64,000 nt of DNA from Bispira polyomma. Taxonomy: Eukaryota. Numbering within the stretch: position 1 is the stretch's first letter; each line of letters begins with the position of its first letter. The stretch is from contig OZ287751.1 in NCBI GenBank assembly GCA_965649765.1, forward strand, positions 55,986,001 to 56,050,000, written 5' to 3'. The position numbers were made by a program, and so were the translations under genes. Below, in pieces: positions 1-13,700 of the stretch. The notes beneath the pieces are model-generated. The model saw nothing but the letters and a program-made list of their open reading frames with translations, made no database searches and was not told the origin of the DNA.

Positions 1-396
1 GGGTTGATTTTGCTTATATTTAAACTTTTAAAAAATGTTACATTTTGGCGGCCATCTTGAATTTCTGCGTCTTTTTCAAAAATGTCCTTCATCTGGGAAA
101 CGGTGCTAGATAGAGTGATTTCAAGCGCATTTTCGACCCACAGGGTTGATTTTGCTTATATGTAAATTTTTATAGTAATTTTTGAGTTGGGCAACCATCT
201 TCAATTTTTGCGTCTTTTTAGAAAACGTCTGTTATCTCGGAAATGGTGATCCTTTTCGAGCTTACATTGACCAAAAGTGCTGATTCTGCTTATATGTCAA
301 CTTTTAAACAATATCAAACCTTGTGCACTAAACAATTTCATTATTATTTCAACTTTAGGGACGCTTCGTTTTTGTTATCAAAAACCGTTTTCTAGT
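1..396. mobile_element. End of a satellite-carrying non-autonomous Helitron/Helentron-like element (~140 bp internal tandem units)
   Basis: Unit GGGTTGATTTTGCTTATAT recurs at 1, 143 and (degenerate) ~277. It shares GGCGGCCAT(C/T)TTGAATTT and GATAGAGTGATTTC...TTTTCGACCCACAGGGT with the array at 40340-41050 and ends in ...CCGTTTTCTAGTT. Confidence 0.55.
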
Positions 397-957
397 TAAA
401 TCCATGTTTTTAAAGAATTAAATTTTTGTGAAGTAGAAGTTTGTAAGAAATGAAGAGAAAAATGAGAAAACATTAATAAAAAAGAAGATAGAGTGCAGAC
501 AGGCTTAATAACTTTTGTACCATACTAACAATAATTCATTACATCTGACAAGTCAGTAATTTAATGAAATATTAACAAACTTTGAATGTTTATACTTCTT
601 GTGATATTTTACTTAGCCTGCAATGTCATGTGAATCTGATGTGATACTATTTTAATTTTAGTTGTTGCAATTTTTCACCTGCCTATCATTTCTATAATAA
701 CTAGAAGGCTACTTAGTATATAATTCATACATCTGCCGAAATCCTGTTAAGTACCCTATAATTGAAAAACAAGAGGAAGAATTTCCCAGAACTGCTCTTC
801 TACCTGATCTGCTGGATCCCCAAATTTATGGGATTCTTCCTTCAATTTAGTTTATGTCCTAGTTCTCTACTAAATTTCATGCATATCATTTCAGTAGTTT
901 TTGTGTAATCATGGTGACAAACAAATTGACAAAATGAACTGGGGTTAATCACCAGTA

Positions 958-1205
958 TATAGTAACCCTGTTCAATCAAATCTTAAGGGACCATAAAATT
1001 TGTTCTACTTAACAAAATTTTCACTTAACAGGGTAAATTTTAATTATAATATAGCAATGAAACCTAAAAATAAATTCTATTTATCAGGTAATTCCTCATA
1101 TCAGAGTTCTACTTAACAGGGTAAATTTTAATTATAAATATAGCAATGGGACCTGAAAATAACTTCTACTTATCAGAGTTCCACATAATGGGGTTTGACT
1201 GTATA
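958..1205. mobile_element. Old Tigger/pogo-like MITE with internal duplication
   Basis: Termini TATAGTAACCCTG...GGGGTTTGACTGTATA; internal repeat ACTTAACAGGGTAAATTTTAATTATAA twice; related element at ~11051-11247. Confidence 0.45.
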
Positions 1206-1760
1206 TTGCTAAATAACAGAATTGTTTAAAAAAAATTTTTTTAAATCAACAGACGTGGGTAAAAATATAACTTCATTGGCGGAGGTAGTAACAACCTTGC
1301 TGGGCTCTGCAAGCGTTGCAATACAGTACAGCAGTAGACAAATGGTAACAATGTAGCTGTGAAGATTACAAGTATTTTCATTGATTCGGATCATCTTGGA
1401 TCATCAAAACAAATAAAAACATCCCTATACATAGTTTATCCTACTGTGTAGTTATTGCAATCATGACCTATATATATATCCAGACTTTATTTTAACACAG
1501 CATCAATCACCAATGATCCACAGTGTAGTTTGTAATTCTCTGGGGCTTAGAAATTCATGTACCAGAAGATTCCTTCTGCTAAATCTGTGTTATTTATACA
1601 TACAATATAAACTCTGATACCCAAACTTCTATTATCTAAATATTTGATTTTATGAACACGAATGCCACTCTTACTAAATTTATCTTTTCCTATTGTTTTG
1701 CACTAAAATGACTTAATTTTATGTGTAATAATAAAGTGCAATATTATCTTGTGTATACAG

Positions 1761-4700
1761 GATGATAACAGTGACTTTGACATCTCATCAGAGGAAGAAT
1801 TAGAAGACCGAAATAAGGTGTCCCCCTGTCCTTTTTCCCCTATCACCCCTCTGTCACCACATGGCAATCCTCCATCCTCTAATGGAGTCAGTAGCTGGCA
1901 ACAGACAGGTAACTACCTACTAACAACTATAATGATACCTGTGCATATATACAGAGAGACACTGTGTTTTACCTCGTCTCCTTCATCATCAAAGTGCTGG
2001 CTTGGTGTTGTTAATGGGGGTGGAATTAATTAATGACACTGGTATTTTTCCGTGGTGGCAAATAAATTGCCTCTGTCTGGTAAAATTCCTTGTAAACTAT
2101 GATATCAAGGGTATATTGTATAAAGCAACAAATCGATGTACAAGAAATATTATCCTCTAAGGTGCTGATTTGTAAGTCTGTATTTTACATATGCCATACT
2201 TTGTAGAAAAGACAAATAAATCTTTGAAAACCCCAACTCAATTAGGGATTACACATCCACTACCATTCACATAATATAAAAATCAAACTTTAAAAAAAAG
2301 TAAACTATATTAGCGCTACTGCACAAAGGTAAAGCCATGTGGCATTTGGAGTGATGAAGGATGCCAAAGAGTGCAGAATTTTTTTTTTATTTTGTGTTCA
2401 TTATATCTACTCATTATATCACAAGAGTGAGTTGATGGGAGACCTACCTTAAGTTTCCATTAGCTCTGTAATAGTCACTAGCAAACTACCTGACAGACTT
2501 GTTATTATCTCTTTAAAAAAACGGCAAAGTAAAGGGCACGACTTTGTGGTGTAATAGACATTATATTCATACAGTGTGGCAGTTATTTCTCTATCAGCCA
2601 TTATTTAAACCTGCAAGACGACAGAACGTTCCCTCTGGCCTGGGCTCTAAATACTGTCTATAACTCGAAACCCATAAGGGAGATATGTACAGAGGTATTG
2701 CACTGAAGAAAAACCAAAAAGCTGGATAATTATTGGGACCACTAATGCCACTAACTATGCTATAATATTGATTTCAGTCTTCTACGAATAGTCACCCTCA
2801 TTAGTTTTATCATTTATTGGGGTCTGCTCTCTACAATTAAACTGGTCTTTGGCAGATGATGTGCATTATAGGTTTTAAAAATCACCTCTAACCTCTGTCT
2901 TCTTTTAATAAAGTTTAAATATTTGTGATAATAGGTGTATTAATAAACTAGGAAATATTTTACTTCATCAGGGTTATTAAAGTTTTTTTCTACGTAGGAA
3001 TTCTCAAATTTACTGCTTAAGAGTATCTGCAGTAATATTACCATCTAATTGGAAACTGACACAAATACAATGTATAACATCACTGTTTTAATGAACATGT
3101 GCCTATTGTTACCAGCTTAAAAAAAACGACTTTAAGGTATGTATTTCTTTGGTATGGTATATATAGGGTGCTAGTAAAGCAATGCCTGGTAATATTAGTC
3201 AACTAATAAACCTTGTCACGCTTTGCACACTAAATTTTATGGGAAAACAAAATTTTGTGCAAAGAAATTTTGAAACTAACCACAAAACCTTCTGCATGTT
3301 ATAGTGGTATACGTTCTTTTTTTTTTGGAAAAAGTTGTTTAACAGATGAAATTAGGTGGTTTGTGTTCTTATAATATATACAGTTTTAAATTGTTTCATA
3401 ATTTCAGGAAACAAAATGTTGGTAAAGGCCATTTTGTATTTTCCTGTAGAAATAATTGTAAATTTGTCATGATTCTAATGAGATGCATGTACTGATTTAT
3501 TCATGTACATTGAAGTTAGATCTACAGGCCAATTATCCACAGGATCTCTGAATATATCTCTTTCTATGATTTCTGATGGCATTTCATATTGTTTCAATTT
3601 ACATATGTTATAATTCTATATGTATGTACATGTATAGCCATTGATTTGAACTACTTTCAAAGATGTTTATGACATTCCTGGACCATGTACATTAAAAAAA
3701 AATCAGTCCTAACCGTTACCTTATTTGTGGGGGGTGATTTAAATAACTGAAACATAGAACTTAAGATTTAACAAAAATGGTATGGTATTACACGGGCGGT
3801 CACAATAGTGTCCGGGTCATAATAGTATCCTTTGTATTTTTATTGAACTTACTGATGGAAATTAATATTAAAAACACATGCTACTTTATGCCTATGAATT
3901 AAATTACAGAATACTATATTTTAATTTTGAGAAATGTACGTTTTATACTTTAAAATGACCAATGTTGTGACCCGGACGGTATGCGTGCAACTCGTGACAA
4001 AATTGACTCGTGACCGCTAACTCGTACACACAACTCGTGTCCAAAACTTTAAATATTTTCTTTAAAGTTGTAGGAGTATTGATTGATTGTCACTTTAGGG
4101 GATATCTGGGGTTTTAATAAGATATGGACACTTTTTAAACGCTTTCAACTTCTTGTTTACATTCAAAGCAAAATGGCCATTTTTTAATTATATTTTTTTT
4201 ATATACGACACTCTGCAAGGACAAGGCATGCCTATTAAAGAAGGGAAACTGAAATCCCATGTAGATGATGATGGATATAAAGGTATAAGGAAATAAGGAT
4301 ACTGAATTAATAAAGGGTGTAAGTTAACTCATTAAAATTAGTATAAAATATTTCAAAGAGCTTTAAGTCACGAAGTTATTCTTTTCTTCCACGGCATCGA
4401 AAATAAATTTAAGTCACGGCCAATAATATTTGGCTATAAATTAGAAGATATTTATAATAAGTTCATTTTAATAAATTTTATCACTCTTTAATAACGTTTC
4501 AGCCATTAAATAGATAAATTAAATTGTTAAATCTGCGGACCTTGTTCTTTATTAAGTTCGTGGTTGATGTATACCACGGAAGTGAAACACGTGTATATGA
4601 GCGACAATGGAAAAATTTTATGCAAATTAGGCAATCTATCATCGTTAGGAGCACCCCAAAGCACCGACTTCTATATAAGGATATTTAACTGTTTCTGTCC

Positions 4701-7700
4701 TTTAACTCGGCAGTAATCGCTAACATAAAACAGACTTAATAAAAAACAAAGTCCGCAGATATAATAGTTAATTTCTCTATTATTTGATGACACTTCATTA
4801 AAAAGTGATGAAAATTATTAACTTATATATTAAAATCATTAGTTTTGGGTTTACATAATTCCATTAATAAACGCGAAAACTCATCTGCAGATTTAACAGT
4901 TAATTCATCAAATTTACTAAAATATGAACTTATGTAATTGCATTAATAAAGACATTACATGTACACATAATTTATAGAAAAATATGGTTGGCCGTGACAT
5001 AAATTAATTTTCGATGCCGTGGAAGAAAGGTAGAACTTCAATCCACGGTACCTTGACTTAAAGCTCTTCAAAAATATTTAATGTTTTGGGCACGAGTTGT
5101 GTGTACAAATTAGCGGTCATGAGTTGATTTGGTCACGAGATGCACGTAATCACCCAGACACTATTGTGCCCGCCCGTGTACTAAGATTAATTTTATTAGT
5201 AGAAAAAAGTCCACTCTTTTTCTGCACAAGTAATGCCTTGTTAGAATTGTTACAGATAAAACTAGTTTTTGTTCGAGTGTGTGTACATTTTAGATTCCCA
5301 GGTTCATCATGCTGATATCAATTCTAACGTAAGAACATAAGAGAAAACCCCGACAATCGTAAACTTACCACAACACTATTTATCTCTTGATGACGACCTG
5401 GGCAAACACAGATCTATTCTTCTCATTTGATACACAGATTCTGAAAACTAAAAATATGAGAATTTATAAATTTGCTGAAAAATATCCAGTTTTAGGATAA
5501 ATCTCATATTTATGTGCTCTGTAGAATCAACACATTTTATTCCTGTAGATACCAGTATACATTTTCCTGTTGTGTATGACAAATCTGGTCGTGTTAATTT
5601 TATTGGTAGACAAATGGTATGTTCCCTGCGTTCTGTGCTTTTCCAGTGTCACTATGGTACATCATCCCTGAAAATATAAATCGGTATAAATTCCAAACCT
5701 CACCGCTTGTGCCCTTTTATTACCATGTATATAAATAAACACACTAAACATTTCCCTTTTGTTTTCAACAATATTTCTTTATAAGTGGAACAATTACTTC
5801 ATTGTCACTTAAAAAAAAATTAAAATTAGTGATATTTTTAAATAGTAATACCATATATGTATAGCTTAAGTTGTAAATTGTTTCTTAAGTTTTCAAAACA
5901 TTTTTGTGATATTGATCGCTGGCAATTATTAATATCATGTACAAGATATAAATCTAATTCCTTTTCACCACACTAATGTTGATGGGACATTGTCATTCTC
6001 TTGAGTTGTGTGAGAGGATAGCCATCCAAAACAGGTTGAATTTGTTCATGTCATATAGGTAAATTAAAAACAGGAACTGAAAACCTTAAACTAGTCAGTA
6101 TTTGGAAAATGCTAGGTCACAAAGTTTTGTATCTGGGCCGTAGTGGTTAGAAGTGTTAGCTTTATAATAACTGGCCTCTTGCCAATGTGGATTTAAATCC
6201 GGTTTGTTACTTCACGTGGGAAAGTATGTCAGGTACTTGCTGTAGGCCAGTGCTTTAAAACAATGCTTCACCACTGGTTGCTTCTCCCATTGAATCTGGA
6301 CTTTGTGATATGACAGTCAACTAAGCTAAACATTAAAAACGATGTAAAATCAACTAAAATTTAATTATCTCAGGTTATGGTCATGTCTACGTTTGACATT
6401 TAACCTTTGATTAAGAATAATACGATAATATATCAACAAATTTTGAGGGCCTCATGTGATGATGGACTGTATAGGTTATATATTAATAAATTGGAGAAGG
6501 TTAATTCTGGGATACGAAAATAGTTTTTTTGTTGAAACTTGTATTTCTCTATATTTGAGGTATTGTAGATCCTGTTGTTACCTTATTGTGTGTAATAGTT
6601 TCTATTGTGGAGCTGCTAGTATTATATGTCCCTTTACTATTGTCAATGATATTCCTCTGAAGTAACAGTCCCTTTGAGTTAGAATTAACACTCACCTCTG
6701 TGTATTCTTACTCCCCTTGTGACCCCAGTAACTTGTATATAATGAATTTCGGAAAAATTGTACAATATTAGCATGTAGCAGTTTTAACTTAAGACTACCA
6801 GTATATATATATATATCTGCCCACTAGTCAACTCTGACTCCTTTAGTATTGTTGTGTAGTCATTAACATCTATATAGAGATTATTACTAAATGATCTGCA
6901 GCCTCACTAATAGAACATTTAAAACCCCTAGGCCTAACATTAACTCAGATGGCTGACACCTGTCCATGCTTATACATGTATATACTAGATATAACAAGAA
7001 AGACTACTCTGATTACTAAAGTGACGTCTAATTTATGCTTACCTCTACCAGCTAAAATACTTTATTTTCCATTAGTAATAGGCATAACCTATTTCAGAAG
7101 AGTGTTCAGTAAATGTGTTGATCTGTAAGTTATAATCTGATATCACCCCCAATGGGGTCCCGTCCGATTTTACAATTTACTCCCCCAGCCTGGATTCATC
7201 TACTTGTCAATCAATTGTCCAGTCTCGACTCCCTCAGGAAGCATACTAGCCATGCTGCAATATACAGCGCAAAGACTTCTATTACCGGCCAGGTACTCAT
7301 TTTATATACCTGGTCGGAGAGGGATAACTTTTGTTGGCTACAATGCAGTTTGCCGGTACCAATATGACGTCACTAACTCCTCTTTAATTATTATAAACTA
7401 TTTTTTGCTAACTATCATAAACTATCTATTAATGCTTTATTTTATATTATTTATGTAATATTTGCTATTAAAATGTCACTTTTAAGCTGTATTTATTTGG
7501 CCATTTAGAAAAATGTTTATGAACAAGCGTAATTGGTACCGCCAAAGTGCATTTGCTCCCTTTTGTCTAAAGTACCTTGTTCAAGGGCACGATCTCCAGG
7601 CTTGCAGCAAGGATAGAACCTGGAACCCTCTGATCCAAAGTTAAACACTCTAACCACTAGGCCAAAGAGACCACTTTGAATTTTTTTGTTCAGTGAGGCA

Positions 7701-10700
7701 CTGGCATGTATATTTTACAGTTCATTTTTATTCTAAATTCGTTTAGTAATTCTTTTTATATGTACATATAATAGTAAGAGTTGGTGAGTTTCAATGTGAG
7801 GCATTAATTGATAAATCTGCTCCTGGAGTCTCGTCCGAGATCTCTCCCTTTGTAATGTATACCTCTGTATAACAATATCTGTATGTAACATTTAGTGGTA
7901 GAAGACATGCTCAAAACACCCAGGAAACCTCCAGTAAGGAGGCACAGTATTAGTGTTTGTCAAACCCCAAGAAAACCAAAAAATGCCAAGGTGCGTTAGT
8001 GTGTTTGTGTTGTGATTATTATTTTTTTTTTTTGGTTTGGACGAGGAATAACTGTTTGCTAAAATTGTCCCTGTACTATTGTATATAACCCAAAATAATC
8101 ATCAAATGAAGTTTTCATTGCATTTCTTTTTAGATACTGTATCTATGTAGAAATTTTAGCTAGAATGTTTTTTGTAATTTTAGAGAAAGCCGTTGGCATT
8201 TTCACTCTCCTAACTCAGTCTACGCTTCTATGTTTCAGATAATTATTGGCTGATTTTTTTAAATCCCAATATGTACAGTGTCAGCACATCCGTGTGTCAG
8301 ATGTATAGCAGATAAGATCAGATGTCGGCAAAAGTTTCAGATTTTTGTTCAGTCAGGGAGCGAAAAAAATCGGCAGATCTGGCAGATTTCTGGGTGATTT
8401 TGTAGAATGTGTGCTTTCAAAACGTGAATTCAATGTAATGTGGCACACATAAACTAATTTTTATCGACTGTATGCAAGCATAAACCGGCCATCGTCTTGA
8501 CAAAAAAACGTATCTGTTAGGTCCATATAAAAATGGGCCAGCGTTGGGGTCAGTGACATGGAAGGTAGATAATTAGCTGAAATTAATTCCTGTTGAAAAT
8601 GTCTGCTTTTACAGATTTAGTATCATGTTTGGCAGTCAAATGATTGATAAAGTTTTCTGTCTCATGCGCCTTAGAATTTGTTAGCACAGAGATAAGCGCT
8701 ATAAAAGTTAGATAAGATAGAGATAAACTAAAAGAGTTTTAAATGCCAACAAAAGCCACAGTGGCCACATATGAAGTATATTACAGACAAAAGACAGTAT
8801 TGCATCAATTGTGCAATGATATCTTTCATTTGATGATTGTGTTGTTTGCAGTTCCATTTGCTTCTTTTGATGCCAGTGTATCTGTGAGATTTCCCTGCTA
8901 CTTTTGGCATACTTCATACTCTTGTGTATGGTTTTATCACATCTTAAAGAAACCTTTTCAGATTGTAAAGTGGCTCTCTTAATAATGCTAAACATGTTTT
9001 TGTACACTGTACCGTTTCACAATACTGATAACTGACTAACTGTGTATCTTGGATAGTGTTTTGTACATTTACTTGCTTATTTGCATCCTAGGATGACGTC
9101 TTTTTGTAGACTTCAAAGTTTTTTTAATTGGCCCAAAAAATGTCATTTTTTTTTCTGTGAATATCCGGCATAAACTATTTCTGCCGTTTTAAGAAATTGA
9201 TAGTGGTGATAAACTCGGTCATGACTTGGAGAACTACAAAAGATGTTTTCTTGTGTAAATGCAGATTTTTTTGCTTTAAATTTGTACCCTTATTAGTCAT
9301 CAACGAGAACTCAAAAGATCTGAAATACACTGTTTCTTATCTTCAGAAATTGTTCTTTCTTGGACCATTAATTTATTAATTGATAGTTCCCATTATTCAG
9401 TATCATGGCTGAAACTGCAGAATGTTCACACAAAGTATGAACCTTGTCCAAAAGATTTATTTTTTTGTTTCCAATTTCTTTTTGAGTTCCAGTAATATTT
9501 CATGTCTATTAGATTTCTCTTTGGTTCTTTTTATAAATTATGTTTGTGTATATAAAATTAATGTTGTTTACTATTATATACTTTGTGTTACAATTTTTGT
9601 TTTGTTCGTAATGATTCCCAAGAAATTTTTACTGGAATGTTTTGCCGGAGGTAGAACATTTTTGTGCATTTATATTCCATTGTGATATTATTTTACAGCC
9701 CTTTTGATCTATTTGGGTTTGGATTGATTATCTAAGATCTGTGCTTAGAGTGATTTGTCTTTGGTTTTTACCGGATCTGCAGTCAATCATTAGTTGTGAT
9801 TTATCCTACTTTGATCCTAATGTGCTTACTGGCTGGATAAAAGAAAAGAAGATCTAAAACATTTTTGTAAACGACTAATCCAATCCATCGACCACTAATG
9901 TAGCTATGTAGGACCACTTCTCTCTAAATTGTGGTTATTATCAGTTGATGCCAAATTGGTGGCATTATAAATCTTAGACAATTAAGTTTACAGACAATAA
10001 TACCTGACTTTTTGGAATGAATTTGATAGTTTTATCTTATAATATTTTTTACAGCAATAATAGCAGCATCTTTATTAGTCTATTAGCATATCTTTTTACC
10101 ATGAGATTATATCAATATATAAAAAACTAATATTCTTTCAGGATCAAAGGTTATCCCACATAGAAAATAACACCTTTTTGAAAAAAGGGGGGGGGGGAGA
10201 AATGGAATATGAAACGATTAAGAAATCACTGCACAGAGCCAAATAATTTACACAAAATTTTGTATTTGTACTACACTGTGGAATATTCATACATGTATGG
10301 TTGTTTTATGCTATTTCGATGCATAGTTTCATTTGACGCAAATCGCCGTCAGCACCAGCAAACGTTCACATTTTCAATTTACTGTACTATGTTGATGTTG
10401 CAAAGGGACATTCAATGAGAAATCTTACGTCAATAAAATAGCCTAACAATTGATAATATTGTGTAATAATAAGCGGAAATGTGACATTCCGTAAATAAGT
10501 TTAATACGTCGAAATAATATTGCACCACCATACTTTTGTAAGCACGATGTGACAGCATTTAAATTAACACCATCATTTCTGCTTCAGATATCTACTTTTC
10601 AGATCTGCTATTTTTGTAGTTTGGGTGTGGCTAACATGGCTTGTCACTTTCTCTAGCCCTTTATGTGTACATGTATGTACAGCCCAGTGTTGTATTGTTT

Positions 10701-13700
10701 GTAGCTTAAAGGACAACACACTTATTGAATGAACCCTCATATAACTGTTAGACTAGAACCTCTGTTATTCAAACTTCTATGGAGAGGAAGATTTCTATTT
10801 TTAGAATGACAGCAGCCTCGCGAATACAGTGAGGTGTTACAGTAACGGTTAATAATAGGTCTGGCGAATACCATTCTGGGAGAGAGAAATAAATGCTTAT
10901 TAGTATTGAGATATCTGAATTTCTGAAGTTTGAATAATATAGGTTCTGCCTAGTGTCTAGTTAAAGCAGAGCAATGCTTTTTTGAACAGCAAAGTTTGCG
11001 CAAGGTGTAGCATTCGACATTATAACCCAAAGTGTTACTGATGATACATATACAGTTAAACCCCTTTAAGTTGCACCTTAAAGGATCAGGAGAAAATAAA
11101 TCTGTACTTTAGCAGTGGTTTTTCCACTTAACAATGTATATTTTTTCAAACAGAGAAGGCTTTGGTGAGACTACAAAACTTTTCTCCACACATAAAAAAA
11201 GAAATTGACCCAACAAAAGTTCTAATTCAAGGAGGTTTGACTGTATAAACATTTAACAATAGCTTGCTCTCTATATAAAGCATTTATCCTTGTAACTTGG
11301 AGTTATTTGTTGTGTCTTTTTCTTATTTTCACTGAATTTCTAGAGCAACAAGGCCGAAGCAGTCGATCAAATAGCACAAGCTCTCCCACTTTCTCTAAGA
11401 CGTCCCCACAACACCTTCACCATAGGAACAGCATTACTGTGTGCGAGTCGCCGACATATAGCAAACCACCACCACCCATTAAGGCCAGTCTGGTGCCCGC
11501 AGTGGGTAGCAGCGGCGGTAGTAATAGGAGGTCGCTCTTACAAAGAGGAGAGTCGCTCCTCCGTAAACTGCCGCCTTCCCTTGAGAAGCGTTTGAGACCT
11601 TTGACTCTAATCGAGGAGCCTAATGCTAGGGAGTCCTCATCCTCTGACTCATTGCCCTCTTCTACTACTACCAGTAGTAGTTCAACCCCAGTGAGTATGG
11701 TACTATATAATTATATAAACAACACCCACCAATCTAAGTTCTTAGTAGTGCACCTTGTCTTTTCCCCATAGATTTGTTTATCTCCAATTGTTGGGTTGAT
11801 ATGTAGGTATTTGTTTGGATTCCTATAGTTTTTGTTCAAGGTTGACTGTTTTGTGTGTACTGTCCAGAAAGTTACGTATGTCGTCCTGTTGACCAAGCCT
11901 GTGTGTGTGTTGTTGTGGCTGTGTTTTTGTGTGAACATTTGTAGCTTTTAAGTAAATGCAAAATATTGCACACTAACGTCAACTGACACGACTATGTGAT
12001 TGACCTGTAAACATTTATGTTAAAAAAATTGTGTTTTTTTGCTTGGCCTTTGGGGCATTCAATGCACTGTTCTGTATTTGTACTGTACTTGTGTTGGATT
12101 TTATCATTAATTTACCAACTAAATGTTTCATCATCATGCTGTTGAGGAAAAGAAGAAATTTTGTGCACAACAACTTGCAAAGTTACAAGTATAATCTTTA
12201 AAAAAAATATGCATAGGAATTGCTCTGCTATGACCATTTCAATATTGCATGTTTCTAAAATTCATGTATACATTTAATTTGTTTTCAAGATAAATATAGC
12301 CCTTTGCTATTTCATTGTATATAATATAGTTTGTATTATGTCAAATGATTTTGCACAATGGCATGTGGCTTAACACAGCAAAATGAAAATGTTTATGTCT
12401 TGTAGTATATTATTTTGTGAACAGAATTTCATGCATGAGTAGTATTATCTATTAAAAACTGCTAATTTAAAGGAAAAAGAATAACTTTGTAATATATCAT
12501 GAAAAAAGCATAAAGAAAATGTAACACACAGGAAAATTTTTAATTCTTACGTACATATTTTAGTTTTGGCAACTTCTTTAACTTTTAACTTTAAAACTGT
12601 AATATATTTCTACAGAGAAACGATGAATGTGAATTGTTATTTGGGATAAATCAGTTTCCTTAATAACTTAACCAGATTGAGTTGATATTTCACTCTTTCA
12701 GTTTTCAAGTGAAGTGACATGTAACCGTTTTACAATATTATTCAACAACTGCGTCTGTTATAGTAATAAAGGGCTGACAAGTTTGTTTTGTGTAAATTGT
12801 TGACAGCGATCCATTCAGTCGTCCCTGGAATGCCTGTCACTCACCGTAGAAGAAGTCATGCATATTCGTAATGTCCTCACTAAGTCTGAGCTGGAGTCTC
12901 TTCTTGTCCATAAAGAGCTCCATGAACAAGTGGCCAAGGGCAAGGTTAGTCTTCTAGTTTTTACCCAGCCTATATATTGTTTTTTATTGTATTATATATA
13001 TTTTGTGAGGCATCTTCTAAAGTGCAACATCTGAATCAATCAACCAAATCATGTGTGCTAGAACATAGCCTGGGTCATTATCAGTAAGCAATGGCGTGTG
13101 TTCACATCCAAGCCCCAGGATATTATCCTGTCAAAGAACCTTTGCAACATTAGCAGATGAACCGGGACCTTCTGATCATCAGACCAACTCCCCCAACTGG
13201 AAATTTTGTGTGCAGTGTGCGACATCATAGTCTGATTTCACCAAATAGCTGTGGCATTTTGGCATCTCCAATGCTGCTTTTGTTGTTCATTTTTACAAGG
13301 ACTTAAGTGCATCATGTATTAATGATGTATTGTTATTATGAAAGTTTTTACTAAAACATAAAAGTTTTGTATTTTTAGGTTTGAATATGTCCTAATTTTC
13401 TTGAATTATCCTCTATGATGTTTTGTCTTTGTAGGTCTGTTTCACATGTTTGAAGACAAAATTTTCTTTATTTGGTCCTTGGTCAACCAAGTGCAAGTTT
13501 TGTCAAAGAAATGTGTGTTCAAGATGTGTTAGTAAGGTAAACTGTTTTATGTTTTTACCCAGGCAGTAGTTGTGAATAAAAAACATTGTACACTATATCA
13601 TTGTGTTTAAATAAATGTCCCTTTAAAAAAGGGTGGTTACTTGCTTTTTGGTCAGGTTTTCTTACCGCCGCCACATTATGGTCTTTCATTATTATCTCAA

